The notes beneath the pieces are model-generated. The model did not search any database, was not told the origin of the DNA, and was given only the letters and a program-made list of their open reading frames with translations. A stretch of DNA of 64,000 bases, from contig OZ252098.1 in assembly GCA_965248355.1 (NCBI GenBank), positions 3,424,001-3,488,000 on the forward strand. Direction: 5' to 3'. The position numbers and the translations under genes are program-made. The first letter of the stretch is position 1. The number at the start of each line of letters is the position of its first letter. Source of the DNA: Candidatus Latescibacterota bacterium. GTDB lineage: Bacteria > Latescibacterota > UBA2968 > UBA8231. Shown in pieces: positions 28,348 to 38,139 of the stretch.

Positions 28348-30615
28348 TCACAGCTCCGGCCAATGGGTCGCGAGTATCTCCCGTGCCGCCTCCACCTGGA
28401 TGCCCCGAGCGATGAGATTCCGGATTCCTTCCACCGCGCCGGACTCTTTCGCCGCGGCCCCGCCGAACCGAGCCACCCCCTCCGCATAGAGCCCTTCCGC
28501 TTCCTCCACCTGCCCCTGCGCCAGCAGGGCCAGCCCCAGACCGAATTGGGCGCGATGGTTGTCCGCGTTTTCTGCAAGGGCCTGGCGAAAAGCCCTGACC
28601 GCCTCTTCGGCTCGGCCGCCATTCAACAAATCCATGCCCATTCGGACGCAGGCCGAACTGCTGACCTCTCCGTATGCGCCTTTCAGAAGGTCGCCATAGA
28701 CCTGAAGGACCGTTTCCCTCTGGGCCTCCGTGACATCATCTCCTTGCAGAGCTTGGTGGCTCAAGACGGTCCCTTCTTCCGCCCTGCCCCAAGCTACCAG
28801 AGCGAAGGACGCCGCCAGCTGCAATCCAATCGGTGCATGGGGATTCCGCTCGACCGCCTCGAGAGCGGCCTGCAGGGCTTCCGTCTCCCGACCTGCGGAG
28901 ATCAGAGCGCTTACGAGACTCTCGGATGTCGCGGTCCTGTCCGGGTCGAACTCCAGCGAGAGTCGTAATGCGGGAATTGCCCTCTCCAGATCATCCAAGC
29001 CCATTCCCGCTCCCAGATTGATTGCGACATTGTGATAGAATGCGGCGATGTCCCGCCTTGCCGCCTGGATGTTCTCCTGGTCGGTCAAGACGATGGGACT
29101 CCTCCAGCCCACCCCTATCGATACCCTGGATTCTCCGGCCCTGAACGCCTCGAGCTGCTCCCGCGCCCGTCTCGAGAGCACGGAGTCCGGCTTCAGCGAG
29201 TCGAAGGCCAGCTTGTAGATGGTCAACTGGGGGCTCGTTGGAAAGGCTGCCAGGGCCTCGTCGAGAATGCCCTCCGTTCCCTCTCGCCCCATGCCCATGT
29301 AGCATATGCGCTCGTACGCATCCTCCAGGTCGATCGCATCCCGCCCTTGGGCGATAGCCCGCTTTAGTTGCTCGACCCCTGTTTCCGAGTCGCCGCGAGC
29401 GATGTAATTCCTGCCCGAGGAGTAGAGAGAAATGGCTTCGGAGCGCTTCAGGTAGAAGTAACTGCTGATGCAGATGCCCGCTAGAACTGTTGCGTAGAAA
29501 TATGATCTGCCATTCCTGAGACGTTGCGCCATCGCCTCCAGACCCAAAGCCAGCAGAACGGATGTGCCGGCCGTGGCCATGTACAGATAACGCGAAAAGG
29601 TCCAGGGTCGTTCAAAAAGAATGGGGTCGTGTATCAACACAAAGGGTAGCACGAACAGAAGGACCCAGAATGACCACACCGAAGCCGGGGACCGCTTCCA
29701 CCACATCAGCAGTGCCAGACCCCCCAAAGTAGCGGCGCCGGCGAAAGGCGCCCACGAGTGCCATTTGTAGAAGGGCATGGGCAACCAGTGGGCTGTCGTC
29801 GGCAACCGACTCAATAGCAGCAGCAGAATCCTTCCCATGGTGACAGGGGCAGAATCGCCTTCCGAGAAGACCTCCACGGCCTTCCAGGTGCTGGTATCCC
29901 TGGAGGTGATGAAGAAGAGGAAGGCCAACTCGATGGCGATCAGACCGACCAGCGGGAGAAGGGAACGAAGCATAGCCTTTGGATCGTACCCCCTGACCCA
30001 GGACCAGTAGAAGCAGAACGGAAGCACAACCACGACCGACATATGTGCCATGGGGCCAACGATCAGTCCTGTGTAGAAGCCCGCTAGCCAATACAGCCTT
30101 GAAGTGGACAGGTAGCGCAGGTAAGCGAGGATTGCACCCAGCCCGCAGCCCAGAGCCAGAGGGTAGTCAAGGGCGGAGATGTGGTGGATGACTTCAAAAT
30201 GGGTGACGTTGACCAAAAAGAGCAGACCGCTCACAAGCCCCGTTGCCAGACTCGTTCCCATGCGCCAAGCCGCCAGCCCCAACAGGACAGCGGCCAGACC
30301 ATGGGCGGCGACGACAAGCAGGTGGAAGAAGCCGGGGTCGTTGCCGCCAGCCAGGTAGGCGAGGAACTTCACGAGTTCTGCAAAGGGACGCCCCGACGCG
30401 TGTCGCTTCTCCAGGGAGAAGAAGTAGGAGAAATCCTCACTGATCGCCTCGTTGTCGTGGAAGGTCTCGCGGTCGTGCATATTGAGCCCGTGATCCTTCA
30501 GGCTGCTGAAATAGATGGCCGACAACAGGCACATCACGAGGATGTAACCCGGCCAGAGTAGGCGCCTGTCCTGCAGGAACGAGAGGATGCTCACTTTCGC
30601 AAAACCTGTTGTCAC
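28348..30615 (-). CDS. Polytopic membrane protein with C-terminal TPRs (GT-C/TMTC-like), copy B
   Basis: Full-length paralogue of copy A with the same motifs and the same HWPEL terminus. Confidence 0.75.
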   Translation of the reverse strand: MTTGFAKVSILSFLQDRRLLWPGYILVMCLLSAIYFSSLKDHGLNMHDRETFHDNEAISEDFSYFFSLEKRHASGRPFAELVKFLAYLAGGNDPGFFHLLVVAAHGLAAVLLGLAAWRMGTSLATGLVSGLLFLVNVTHFEVIHHISALDYPLALGCGLGAILAYLRYLSTSRLYWLAGFYTGLIVGPMAHMSVVVVLPFCFYWSWVRGYDPKAMLRSLLPLVGLIAIELAFLFFITSRDTSTWKAVEVFSEGDSAPVTMGRILLLLLSRLPTTAHWLPMPFYKWHSWAPFAGAATLGGLALLMWWKRSPASVWSFWVLLFVLPFVLIHDPILFERPWTFSRYLYMATAGTSVLLALGLEAMAQRLRNGRSYFYATVLAGICISSYFYLKRSEAISLYSSGRNYIARGDSETGVEQLKRAIAQGRDAIDLEDAYERICYMGMGREGTEGILDEALAAFPTSPQLTIYKLAFDSLKPDSVLSRRAREQLEAFRAGESRVSIGVGWRSPIVLTDQENIQAARRDIAAFYHNVAINLGAGMGLDDLERAIPALRLSLEFDPDRTATSESLVSALISAGRETEALQAALEAVERNPHAPIGLQLAASFALVAWGRAEEGTVLSHQALQGDDVTEAQRETVLQVYGDLLKGAYGEVSSSACVRMGMDLLNGGRAEEAVRAFRQALAENADNHRAQFGLGLALLAQGQVEEAEGLYAEGVARFGGAAAKESGAVEGIRNLIARGIQVEAAREILATHWPEL

Positions 30616-30620
30616 CGCGT

Positions 30621-31469
30621 CTACGTATACCCCCCCACCCCCAGCAGCATCCGCGCCTCGAAGTCCGCATCCTCAAGAAAGCGCCGGGTCAGCCCGTCCT
30701 GCGGCTGTGGCCCGCTGTGGGGCGAGGCGCGCATCCACGAGGGGGTGTAGCTCAGGATCAGCATCCGGCGCTTGGCCTTCAGCGTCGGCAGGGCCCGGTG
30801 CCAGAGGTTGCCGTGGATGAGCACGGCTCCGCCCGCCCTGACGCGCAACTCCACCTCGCCGGGCGCCGGCTCATAGCTGCGGGGCGAGGCGCGGTCCAGC
30901 CAGGCGTGCGACTCCGGCACCACGGCGACGGCCCCCGTGTCGTCGTTCAGGTCGTCGAGGTAGATCAGGCAGTCGATGCAGTGGGGCTGCGAGAACCAGG
31001 GCGGCCGCGGGTTGGAGATCACCCGCAGGTGCTGGTGCCACGGCGTCTGGTGCGGGTCCTCGCGGCCGGGGTAGCTGATGCGGGCGCTCAGCCCCCGCAG
31101 GCGCACCAGCGGTCCCATCATGGCCTGGGCGATCGACAGCAGGGGCCGGAACTTCAGCAGCTCCAGGAAGACCTCGTCCTTGTCCATCAGGTGCCGCGGG
31201 ATGAACCCCCAGCTCCGCTTCCCGGCGGCGGCGCGGTCGCGCCTCTCCCCCTCGCGCTCCTCCAGGCTGTCGAGGGCGTCCCGAAGCCGCTGCAGGGCTT
31301 CGCCTGCGAAGAGCCCTTCCCGCACCAGGTAGCCGGACCGCGCGAAGACCCGCAGCTCCTCCGGGCCGGCGTGCACCTCCACTTCCCAGCGCTCGCCGGT
31401 CTCCGTGTCGGGGTTGTGGTTGTTCATCACCTCGTAGTGGATCGTGTGGGGTTGCATCTGCGGGCTCAT
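30621..31469 (-). CDS. Phytanoyl-CoA dioxygenase (PhyH)-like Fe/2OG protein
   Basis: GYLVREGL, WHQH, IYLDD...GA..VVPESH, GGAVLIHGNLWHRA; the HxD motif appears as HQH. Confidence 0.8.
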   Translation of the reverse strand: MSPQMQPHTIHYEVMNNHNPDTETGERWEVEVHAGPEELRVFARSGYLVREGLFAGEALQRLRDALDSLEEREGERRDRAAAGKRSWGFIPRHLMDKDEVFLELLKFRPLLSIAQAMMGPLVRLRGLSARISYPGREDPHQTPWHQHLRVISNPRPPWFSQPHCIDCLIYLDDLNDDTGAVAVVPESHAWLDRASPRSYEPAPGEVELRVRAGGAVLIHGNLWHRALPTLKAKRRMLILSYTPSWMRASPHSGPQPQDGLTRRFLEDADFEARMLLGVGGYT

Positions 31470-31546
31470 CTCTCTCCAGTTCGGTTCAGCGTGGCAGGAG
31501 CCCGGACCGCACGGGGGTGCAGCCGGGGGGGAGCCGCGGGGGCCGG

Positions 31547-32680
31547 TCAGCTTTCCTCGACGACGGCGGCCTCGATGCCGCGGTGGCCGTCGGCGTAGTG
31601 GTGCCAGTAGACGACGAGGACGGAGCCGTCCTCGCGCTCGACGGCCCAGGGATAGCCGCAGTCCTGGCTGAGCCCGCCCGCCTCGATGACGAACTCCGGC
31701 GCCGTCTCCAGGTCGGTGGCCTCGGGGTCGAGGACCCGGCCGGCGCAGCCCCGCTGGCCCTCCCACCGCGTGCCGGCGGTCAGGAAGATGCGGCCGTCCC
31801 GCAGGCCGAGCAGGTGGGCGGGGCTGCCGTGGATGCGGGTCGGGCGCCAGGGTGTCCAGGTGGCGCCGTCGTCGTCGGACTCGACGAGGGCGAGGAGGCG
31901 GTTGGCGAACTGGGGGTCCCGCGCCGTGGGTCCGTCGAAGCCCTGGTCGCGCAGGATGCCGGGGCCCAGGGCCCCCGGGTGGCAGCGGAAGAGGACGAGG
32001 ATGCGCCCCGACGGGGTGCGGTGAATGGCGGGCTCGCTGAAGTGGGCCACCGGGTCCTCGGCGATGCGGCCGCCGTACTCCCAGGTTTCCCCCATGTCGC
32101 GGGAGACGCGGAGCATGCCGAAGCAGGGGTAGGCGCCGCCCGGCCGGTCGGTGGCCTTGCTCGGCAGCAGCAGCCGGCCATCGGGGAGCACCAGCAGCCC
32201 GCTGCGGCAGACGCCGGAGTGCTGGGCCGGGTGGCCCCAGATGGCATCGGGCAGGGGCGGGAACCTCCGGGGCGCCGTCCAGGTGCGGCCGTCGTCGCGG
32301 GAGCGCACCCAGAAGGGCTTCCCCGGCCGCGAGATCCAGTGCTGGCCGTGCACCTCCGCCCCCTCTGCGGGGACCAGCTCGTTGCACGAGGCGTGCAGGA
32401 ACAGGCTGCCGTCGGGCAGGGCGTGGAGGCCGCGGTCCATGACCCCGCCCATGGGGTCGGCGGTCAGCAGGGCCGCCTCGCTCCAGGTGCGGCCGTCGTC
32501 GCGGGAGCGGCAGGCCATGACCTGGAACAGCGGATGCTCGTGGTGGTCGTAGCCGAGGTGGGGGGCGCGCTGGAAGCCGACCAGCAGGTCCCCGGAAGGG
32601 GTGCGCGTCACCGTGGGGGCGAGGGCGTACATGCCGGCCTCGTGGTAGACCGTGACGCGGTCGGCGACCTGCCAGCTCAT
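31547..32680 (-). CDS. BNR/Asp-box sialidase-like beta-propeller
   Basis: Asp boxes SRDDGRTW (x2), SRDMGETW, SDDDGATW; DCGYP. Confidence 0.8.
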   Translation of the reverse strand: MSWQVADRVTVYHEAGMYALAPTVTRTPSGDLLVGFQRAPHLGYDHHEHPLFQVMACRSRDDGRTWSEAALLTADPMGGVMDRGLHALPDGSLFLHASCNELVPAEGAEVHGQHWISRPGKPFWVRSRDDGRTWTAPRRFPPLPDAIWGHPAQHSGVCRSGLLVLPDGRLLLPSKATDRPGGAYPCFGMLRVSRDMGETWEYGGRIAEDPVAHFSEPAIHRTPSGRILVLFRCHPGALGPGILRDQGFDGPTARDPQFANRLLALVESDDDGATWTPWRPTRIHGSPAHLLGLRDGRIFLTAGTRWEGQRGCAGRVLDPEATDLETAPEFVIEAGGLSQDCGYPWAVEREDGSVLVVYWHHYADGHRGIEAAVVEES

Positions 32681-33231
32681 ACGAAGCAGCCGAGGATCAC
32701 GGTGTCGGCGTAGCTCCCATCCTCGAACTTCATGTCGCGGGCGGCGCGGCCTTCCTCGACGAATCCGTGCTTCTTGTAGAGAGCGACCGCCGCTTCGCTG
32801 GTGGAGAACACGAACAGGCCCAGCTTCTCGATCCGTGGGCAAGCGCGCCCCCAGTCGACCAAGGCCTCCACGAGGGCATCCGCGACACCGGCCCGGCGGC
32901 GTTGCCGGCAGACCCAGACGGAATGCACGTCGGTGAAGTGCGCCGTGCGCCGGTAGGCGCCCCCCTCGGCCCGGGCCGTGCCCACGATCCGCGAGTCCTC
33001 GCAGGCGACCAGGTAGAGGGAGCCGCCATCGGCGTTGAGTCGATCGATCTCCTCGGCTTCTTCCTTCGCCGTGAACCGTCGTTCGTCGGCCTGGGCCAGG
33101 GTCCAGCGCCCGTCGGCGGTGATCTCCCGATGCAGGCTGACGAGGCCCTCCGCGTCCTCCCGCCCGGCGGAGCGGATCACGGCCTGGCCGCCGTCGCCCA
33201 AGGCGCGCGTCCGTGGCTCGAGGATGGACAC
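32677..33231 (-). CDS. GNAT family acetyltransferase
   Basis: RRAGVADAL motif A; AVALYKKHGF.EEG; stop overlaps the sialidase start. Confidence 0.88.
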   Translation of the reverse strand: MSILEPRTRALGDGGQAVIRSAGREDAEGLVSLHREITADGRWTLAQADERRFTAKEEAEEIDRLNADGGSLYLVACEDSRIVGTARAEGGAYRRTAHFTDVHSVWVCRQRRRAGVADALVEALVDWGRACPRIEKLGLFVFSTSEAAVALYKKHGFVEEGRAARDMKFEDGSYADTVILGCFV

Positions 33232-33352
33232 GGACTACCAGTCGGCGGCGTGTCTGGGAGGCTCGACGAAGACCATGCGTGGGAATATATCCCATCGAGG
33301 CAGCCTTCCCTGCACCGGGGTGCCCCGTCTTCTTATTCTACCCGCCCCCCGG

Positions 33353-35964
33353 ATGCTGCTCTCCCGATCACATGTCGCGATCCTGACAGGGCTGATGATG
33401 GCCGCCGACGCAGACGCCGACGACCGGCTGGCCGCGGCCGTGCAGCCCGTGCTGGCGTTGTCGGAGGCCGAACTGCTCGCCCTGATCCCCGAGCGGGCGG
33501 GGCTTCGCTTCGTCGGCTGTCCCAACTGCGACGGGGGCACCCAGGAGAACCAGCTCGGGTGGACGATCGAGCGCCCCCTCGAGGTCCACTGCCGGTTCTG
33601 CGGCATCCGCTACCCGAACGACCGGTATCCCGACGACGAGATCCTGCGGGTCACGAACCCCCTGGGCGAGGTGCAGGAGTATCCCTACTGGTCCGACGCC
33701 GACGGCTACCGCCACTTCTTCCGGGCCCGCGCGTGGTTCGAGGCCCGCGAGTACTTCGCCCGCCGGGCCCTGGACCTGGCGCGCCTGCACGCCGCCACCG
33801 GCGACCGCCTCCCGGCCCGCCGCGCCGCCCTGATCCTGTCGCGTTTCGCCGAGGTCTACCCGGGCTACTGCGTCCACTACGACTACCCCTTCCGGCAGAA
33901 GATCTTCTTCGAGGGGGACCGGACCTTCCCCTGGCCCGTGCCCGACTACCGCGCCGCCAAGTGGGACTGGTGGGCCTACATGGACATCCCCGAGGACCTG
34001 CTGCAGGCCTACGAGCTGGTGCGCCCGAGCGGCGTCCTCGACGAGACCGCCCAGCGGCGGATCGAGGCCGACCTGTTCCACGCCAGCGTCGCCTTCGTGC
34101 GCTCCTACCCGCCCGCCCTGACCAACATGGACCCGACCCTGCTGCGGGGGCTCATCACGGCCGGCCGCGTCCTCGGGGAGCCGGAGTACATCCACGACGC
34201 CATCCGCCGCATCGAGCTGCTGGCGCGGCGCCAGTTCTTCGCCGACGGGGTCTGGCGCGAGGGGGCGGTCTCCTACCACAACCAGACGGTGCGCGGGCTG
34301 GACATCCTCGGCGGCCTGCTGCGCGGTTACACCGATCCACCCGAGTCCGTCCCCCCGGCGGGCGAAAATCGCCTCGTCGAGTTCGACCTCGACGCGCGGC
34401 TGCCCATCCTGGCCCGGGCGCGGGAGGTGCCGGCCCTGCTGCGCTACCCCAATGGCCGCGTCGTCGCCTTCCACGACACCTGGGCGAGGGAATCCAGCGA
34501 GCCCATGCCGTCCTCGCCGTCGATGCTGCTGCCGGCCTTCGGACACGCGCGTCTGGGGAGAGGCCGCGGCGGCGACCAGGTACAGGCGCACCTGCACTTC
34601 TCCGGCGGCTACGGCCATCAGCACGGCGACGTGCTGGCCATGACCCTCTTCTCCCGCGGCCGCGAGCGGCTCGGCGACATCGGCTACACCCATACCCGCT
34701 TCCGCCGATGGACGATCTCGACCCTGTCCCACAACACCGTCACCGTCGACGGCATGGACCAGCACCTGGGCTCGGAGTCCGAGCCGAGCGACGGCGACCT
34801 GCGGCTCTTCGTCCCCGGCGACGGCGACCTGCTCGCCGCGGTGGAAGCCTCCGGCGAGCGCGCCTATCCCGGCCTCGTCGACGAGTACCGGCGGCTGCTC
34901 CTCCTGGTCGAGGCCGGAGACCAGTCCTACGTGGTCGACTGGTTCCGGGTCCGCGGCGGCGGCCGGCACGAGTACGTCCTCGCCGGCGACGCCGACCACG
35001 AAGGCGATCTCGTGCACGATCTGGAGATGTCGCCGTACGGAGAGATGCTGCTGCCCCCGGGCACACCGGTGCGGCTGCCGGCGGGGGAGAGCACCCCGGG
35101 GGAGGCCGGGGGCCACAACCTCGGCTACGCCTTCATCCGCGGCGTGCGGCAGGCCGCCGTCGACGGGCCCTGGCAGGTGGGGTTCCGCAGCCCCGGCAGC
35201 GACGCGGGCGTGTGCGTCCACGGCGCGGGCCTTCCGGGGGACCGGCTGTTCACCGCTTCGGCGCCCTCCATCCGGGAGCCGCCGAGGACGACGCCGCCCT
35301 CGACCGGCACACCATGCCCATGCTCGTCCACCGCCGCGAGGGGCAGGACCTGCGCAGCGACTTCGTGGCCGTCCTCGAGAGCCACGGCGCCGGGGGCCCC
35401 TTCCTCCGCGAAGTGCGGCGACTCCCGGCCGAGGGCGAGGGGGTGGCCCTGCGCATCGCCTGGGACGACGTCGTCGACCACGTGCTCCTGTCGCGCGGCG
35501 GCGGCCATCTGCGGTCCGATGGCGTGAGCCTCGACGGCCGGCTGGGGTTCGTGCGCCGGCGGGACGGCCTGGTGGAGGCGATGCGCCTCGTCGGGGGGCG
35601 TCAGCTGCGGGCGGGCGGCGAGGTGCTGCCGGGGTCGGGAGTGCTCACCGGCGGGGTGACGGGCGTCCTGCGCCGCGAGGCCGGCGACGACGTGGACGGG
35701 CTGATCACCGATCTCGCGATCCCGGACGGAAGCGGCACTCAGTTGCAGGGCTTGTGGGCGGTCGTGCGCGACGGCGCCGGGTTCCGCCGCGGACACCGGA
35801 TCGACCGCGTCGATATCCGCCCGGACGGGACCGTCCTGGTGCTGGCCGACGACCCCGGCTACGAGCTGAGCGGCAGCGGCGGCCGGCTCCTGTTCTTCCC
35901 GGGCCGCGAGTGGACGGGGCCGTCGACCGTGGAGATCGCCGCCGCCGCGGCCTGGAATCGCTGA
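33353..35964 (+). CDS. Heparinase II/III-like polysaccharide lyase, frameshifted near 35276
   Basis: DGVWREGAVSYH, GHQHGDVL, DIGY, SHNTVTVDG; coding frame switches at ATCCGGGAGCC and continues AAEDDAALDRH... to 35964. Confidence 0.8.
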
Positions 35965-35970
35965 GAGAGC

Positions 35971-37812
35971 CTAGTCGTCCTCGCGGTCGCTGAGCATCTC
36001 GCCCCGCTGCAGGCGCTCGGCGTTCTCCGTCGACCAGAGGATGTTCTTCATCACCTTCTGGGCGGTGATGTAGCGCGTCGCCGCCAGCAGGTGGATGCGC
36101 CGCTCCTCCGGATCGCCGGACAGGTCGTGGTGGCGGAAGGCCGCCTCCAGCACCTGGAACATGTGCAGCTCGGCGTCCTCCCGCAGCAGGATGTGGGCGA
36201 GGGCGTGCTTCAAGGCCGTCACGTCGTGGCCCTCCTCCACGTACTGGTTCACCAGGATCCCGGCCTCGGCCACCTTCTGGAAGTCGGCGAACTCCTGCAG
36301 GCGGTCGAGCATCTGCCGCGGCGACGAGAACGACTCCTCCCCTTTCAGCCGCTGTCCCGGCCGCGGCACCCGCGCCGCCGGCATGTTGAGCCAGCGCAGG
36401 TAGGTGGTGAACACGGCGCCGTGGAACAGGGCGCGCAGGAGCTGCGCCGACGGCGCCAGCTGGAAGGCGCGGTAGAGGGCGTGGGCGTAGGAGTAGAGGT
36501 TGGCCACGTCGTGCCAGTCGCCCTCGTTCTTCAGGTGGAACCGGACGGTGCGCACGGCGCCGGCATAGGTCATGGCGCGGCAGAGATCGAGGGGGGAGAC
36601 GCCGTTGCGCAGCTCCGCCTCCAGCTGCTCGACGATGGGCTCGAAGTCGTCGCCGAGCATGACCTGGGCGAAGGCGCTCACGTCGAGGCTTGCCGGCTCG
36701 GCGGCCTGGTTGGCCTCCCAGATCTCGTCGATGCGGCCGAAGACCGCCTCGAGCACGGGCACCGCGTCCTGCCAGCGCGAGGTCTCCTCGTGGCGCGTGC
36801 GGCTCACGAGGTCGACGACGATGGGCCGCAGGATCTCGTGGGCGCCCTGCCAGTCCACGTAGTCGAGGCCCTCGAACATCTTGTTGGCGAAGTCGAGGGC
36901 GTGGCCGTCGCCGGTGAAGTAGAAGTCGGTGGCCGCGGTGAAGACGAAGTCGGCCAGCACCTGCGGCGGCTGGCCGCGGTCGTGCAGGGTGAGCAGGATG
37001 CGCTCGGCCGCGCCGCGGTCCCGCAGGTCGACGTAGCGCCGGAACCAGCGCTTCAACGTCGTCAGGTCGGGGTCGGCGCCGGACCGCGGGAAGGGGAAGC
37101 GCTGGCGCCGGGAGCTGCCCGCCGTGCGGCTGGCGATCTGGGACAGCCCGTGGACGAGGAACAGGTTGTGGTCCTTCGGGTCCACGTCGTCCCAGAGGTT
37201 GGCGCACAGGGTGAGGACGGCCACGCCCGAGGACCAGCCCTCGCTGGTCTTGTGGGCGCCGAAGAACAGGCCGTGCTGGATGATCTCCCGGGGCGTGGCG
37301 CCGGCCTCGCGCAGGGCGGTGACGGCCTTGGCGATGAGGAAGCTGGAGCGGTCCTTCAGCCCCTGCTCCAGGGCCCGCTTGCCGCGGTCCACCAGGCGCT
37401 GCCGGGCCGCCTCGCGGGCCCCCTTCGGGATGCCCACGTAGAGCAGGCCGCCGCGCTCCTCCACCGGGAAGCTGGCCACGTCGTCGCCGAAGGTCAGGAA
37501 GCAGCCCCCCGACTTCAGATCGAACTCCCAGTGGTGCCAGTGGCAGATCAGCACGCCGTCACGGACGCTGCCCTCCGAGAGGGGATAGCCCATGTGGGGG
37601 CAGCGGTTGTCGCAGGCGTAGTAGCCGTCCTCGTAGCGGAACACGGCCAGGTGGGTGCTGTCTACCGTGAAGGGCTTGCCCGCGCCCTCCTCGAGATCGG
37701 CGGCCGGGCACAGCTCGTGGAAGACGAGACTGTCGGGGTCGAGTCCGGGAGGCGGCTGCGGCGTCGAGTCGCCGTCGTAGACCGAGATGGGGGAGGAGGT
37801 TTCCACGGTCAT
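35971..37812 (-). CDS. Rieske [2Fe-2S] domain fused to a large uncharacterised helical domain
   Basis: CPHMGYPL...CHWHHWEF Rieske motif; about 470-aa C-terminal region. Confidence 0.85.
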   Translation of the reverse strand: MTVETSSPISVYDGDSTPQPPPGLDPDSLVFHELCPAADLEEGAGKPFTVDSTHLAVFRYEDGYYACDNRCPHMGYPLSEGSVRDGVLICHWHHWEFDLKSGGCFLTFGDDVASFPVEERGGLLYVGIPKGAREAARQRLVDRGKRALEQGLKDRSSFLIAKAVTALREAGATPREIIQHGLFFGAHKTSEGWSSGVAVLTLCANLWDDVDPKDHNLFLVHGLSQIASRTAGSSRRQRFPFPRSGADPDLTTLKRWFRRYVDLRDRGAAERILLTLHDRGQPPQVLADFVFTAATDFYFTGDGHALDFANKMFEGLDYVDWQGAHEILRPIVVDLVSRTRHEETSRWQDAVPVLEAVFGRIDEIWEANQAAEPASLDVSAFAQVMLGDDFEPIVEQLEAELRNGVSPLDLCRAMTYAGAVRTVRFHLKNEGDWHDVANLYSYAHALYRAFQLAPSAQLLRALFHGAVFTTYLRWLNMPAARVPRPGQRLKGEESFSSPRQMLDRLQEFADFQKVAEAGILVNQYVEEGHDVTALKHALAHILLREDAELHMFQVLEAAFRHHDLSGDPEERRIHLLAATRYITAQKVMKNILWSTENAERLQRGEMLSDREDD

Positions 37813-38139
37813 GGGGATGGCTCCGGTGTGGGGGAGTCGGGGCGGGTGGGAAGTTACGGTGCGGAGCCGGGAAGGTGAAACGAGATCCGTGCGCCGAAGG
37901 CCGGGGCGCCGCCGTTGCCGCAGGCGGCGGGTAGTGGTATCGTCCGGCAGGCGGTTGCGGCGATCACCCCCGTGAAGAAGGGCGGCGAAGAGCCGGCGGC
38001 GGCGGATCGTGGATCCCGCCGGACGACCATGACCAGACCCCGCGACGAAGGGCGGCGACGCCGGATGGGGCTGAGCCGTCCTCCCGGGGCCGGGAAGCAC
38101 ATGAGGCGAACACGACTCTGGCGGCCGGACTCGGCGATC

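Noticed and set aside
26071..28650. Diversity-generating retroelement TR/VR pair
   Set aside because: Both copies are coding gene ends, mismatches are not confined to adenines, and there is no reverse transcriptase in the window
32767..35964. 1065-aa ORF as a separate gene
   Set aside because: Only the last ~229 aa are real, being the frameshifted C-terminus of the heparinase-like gene
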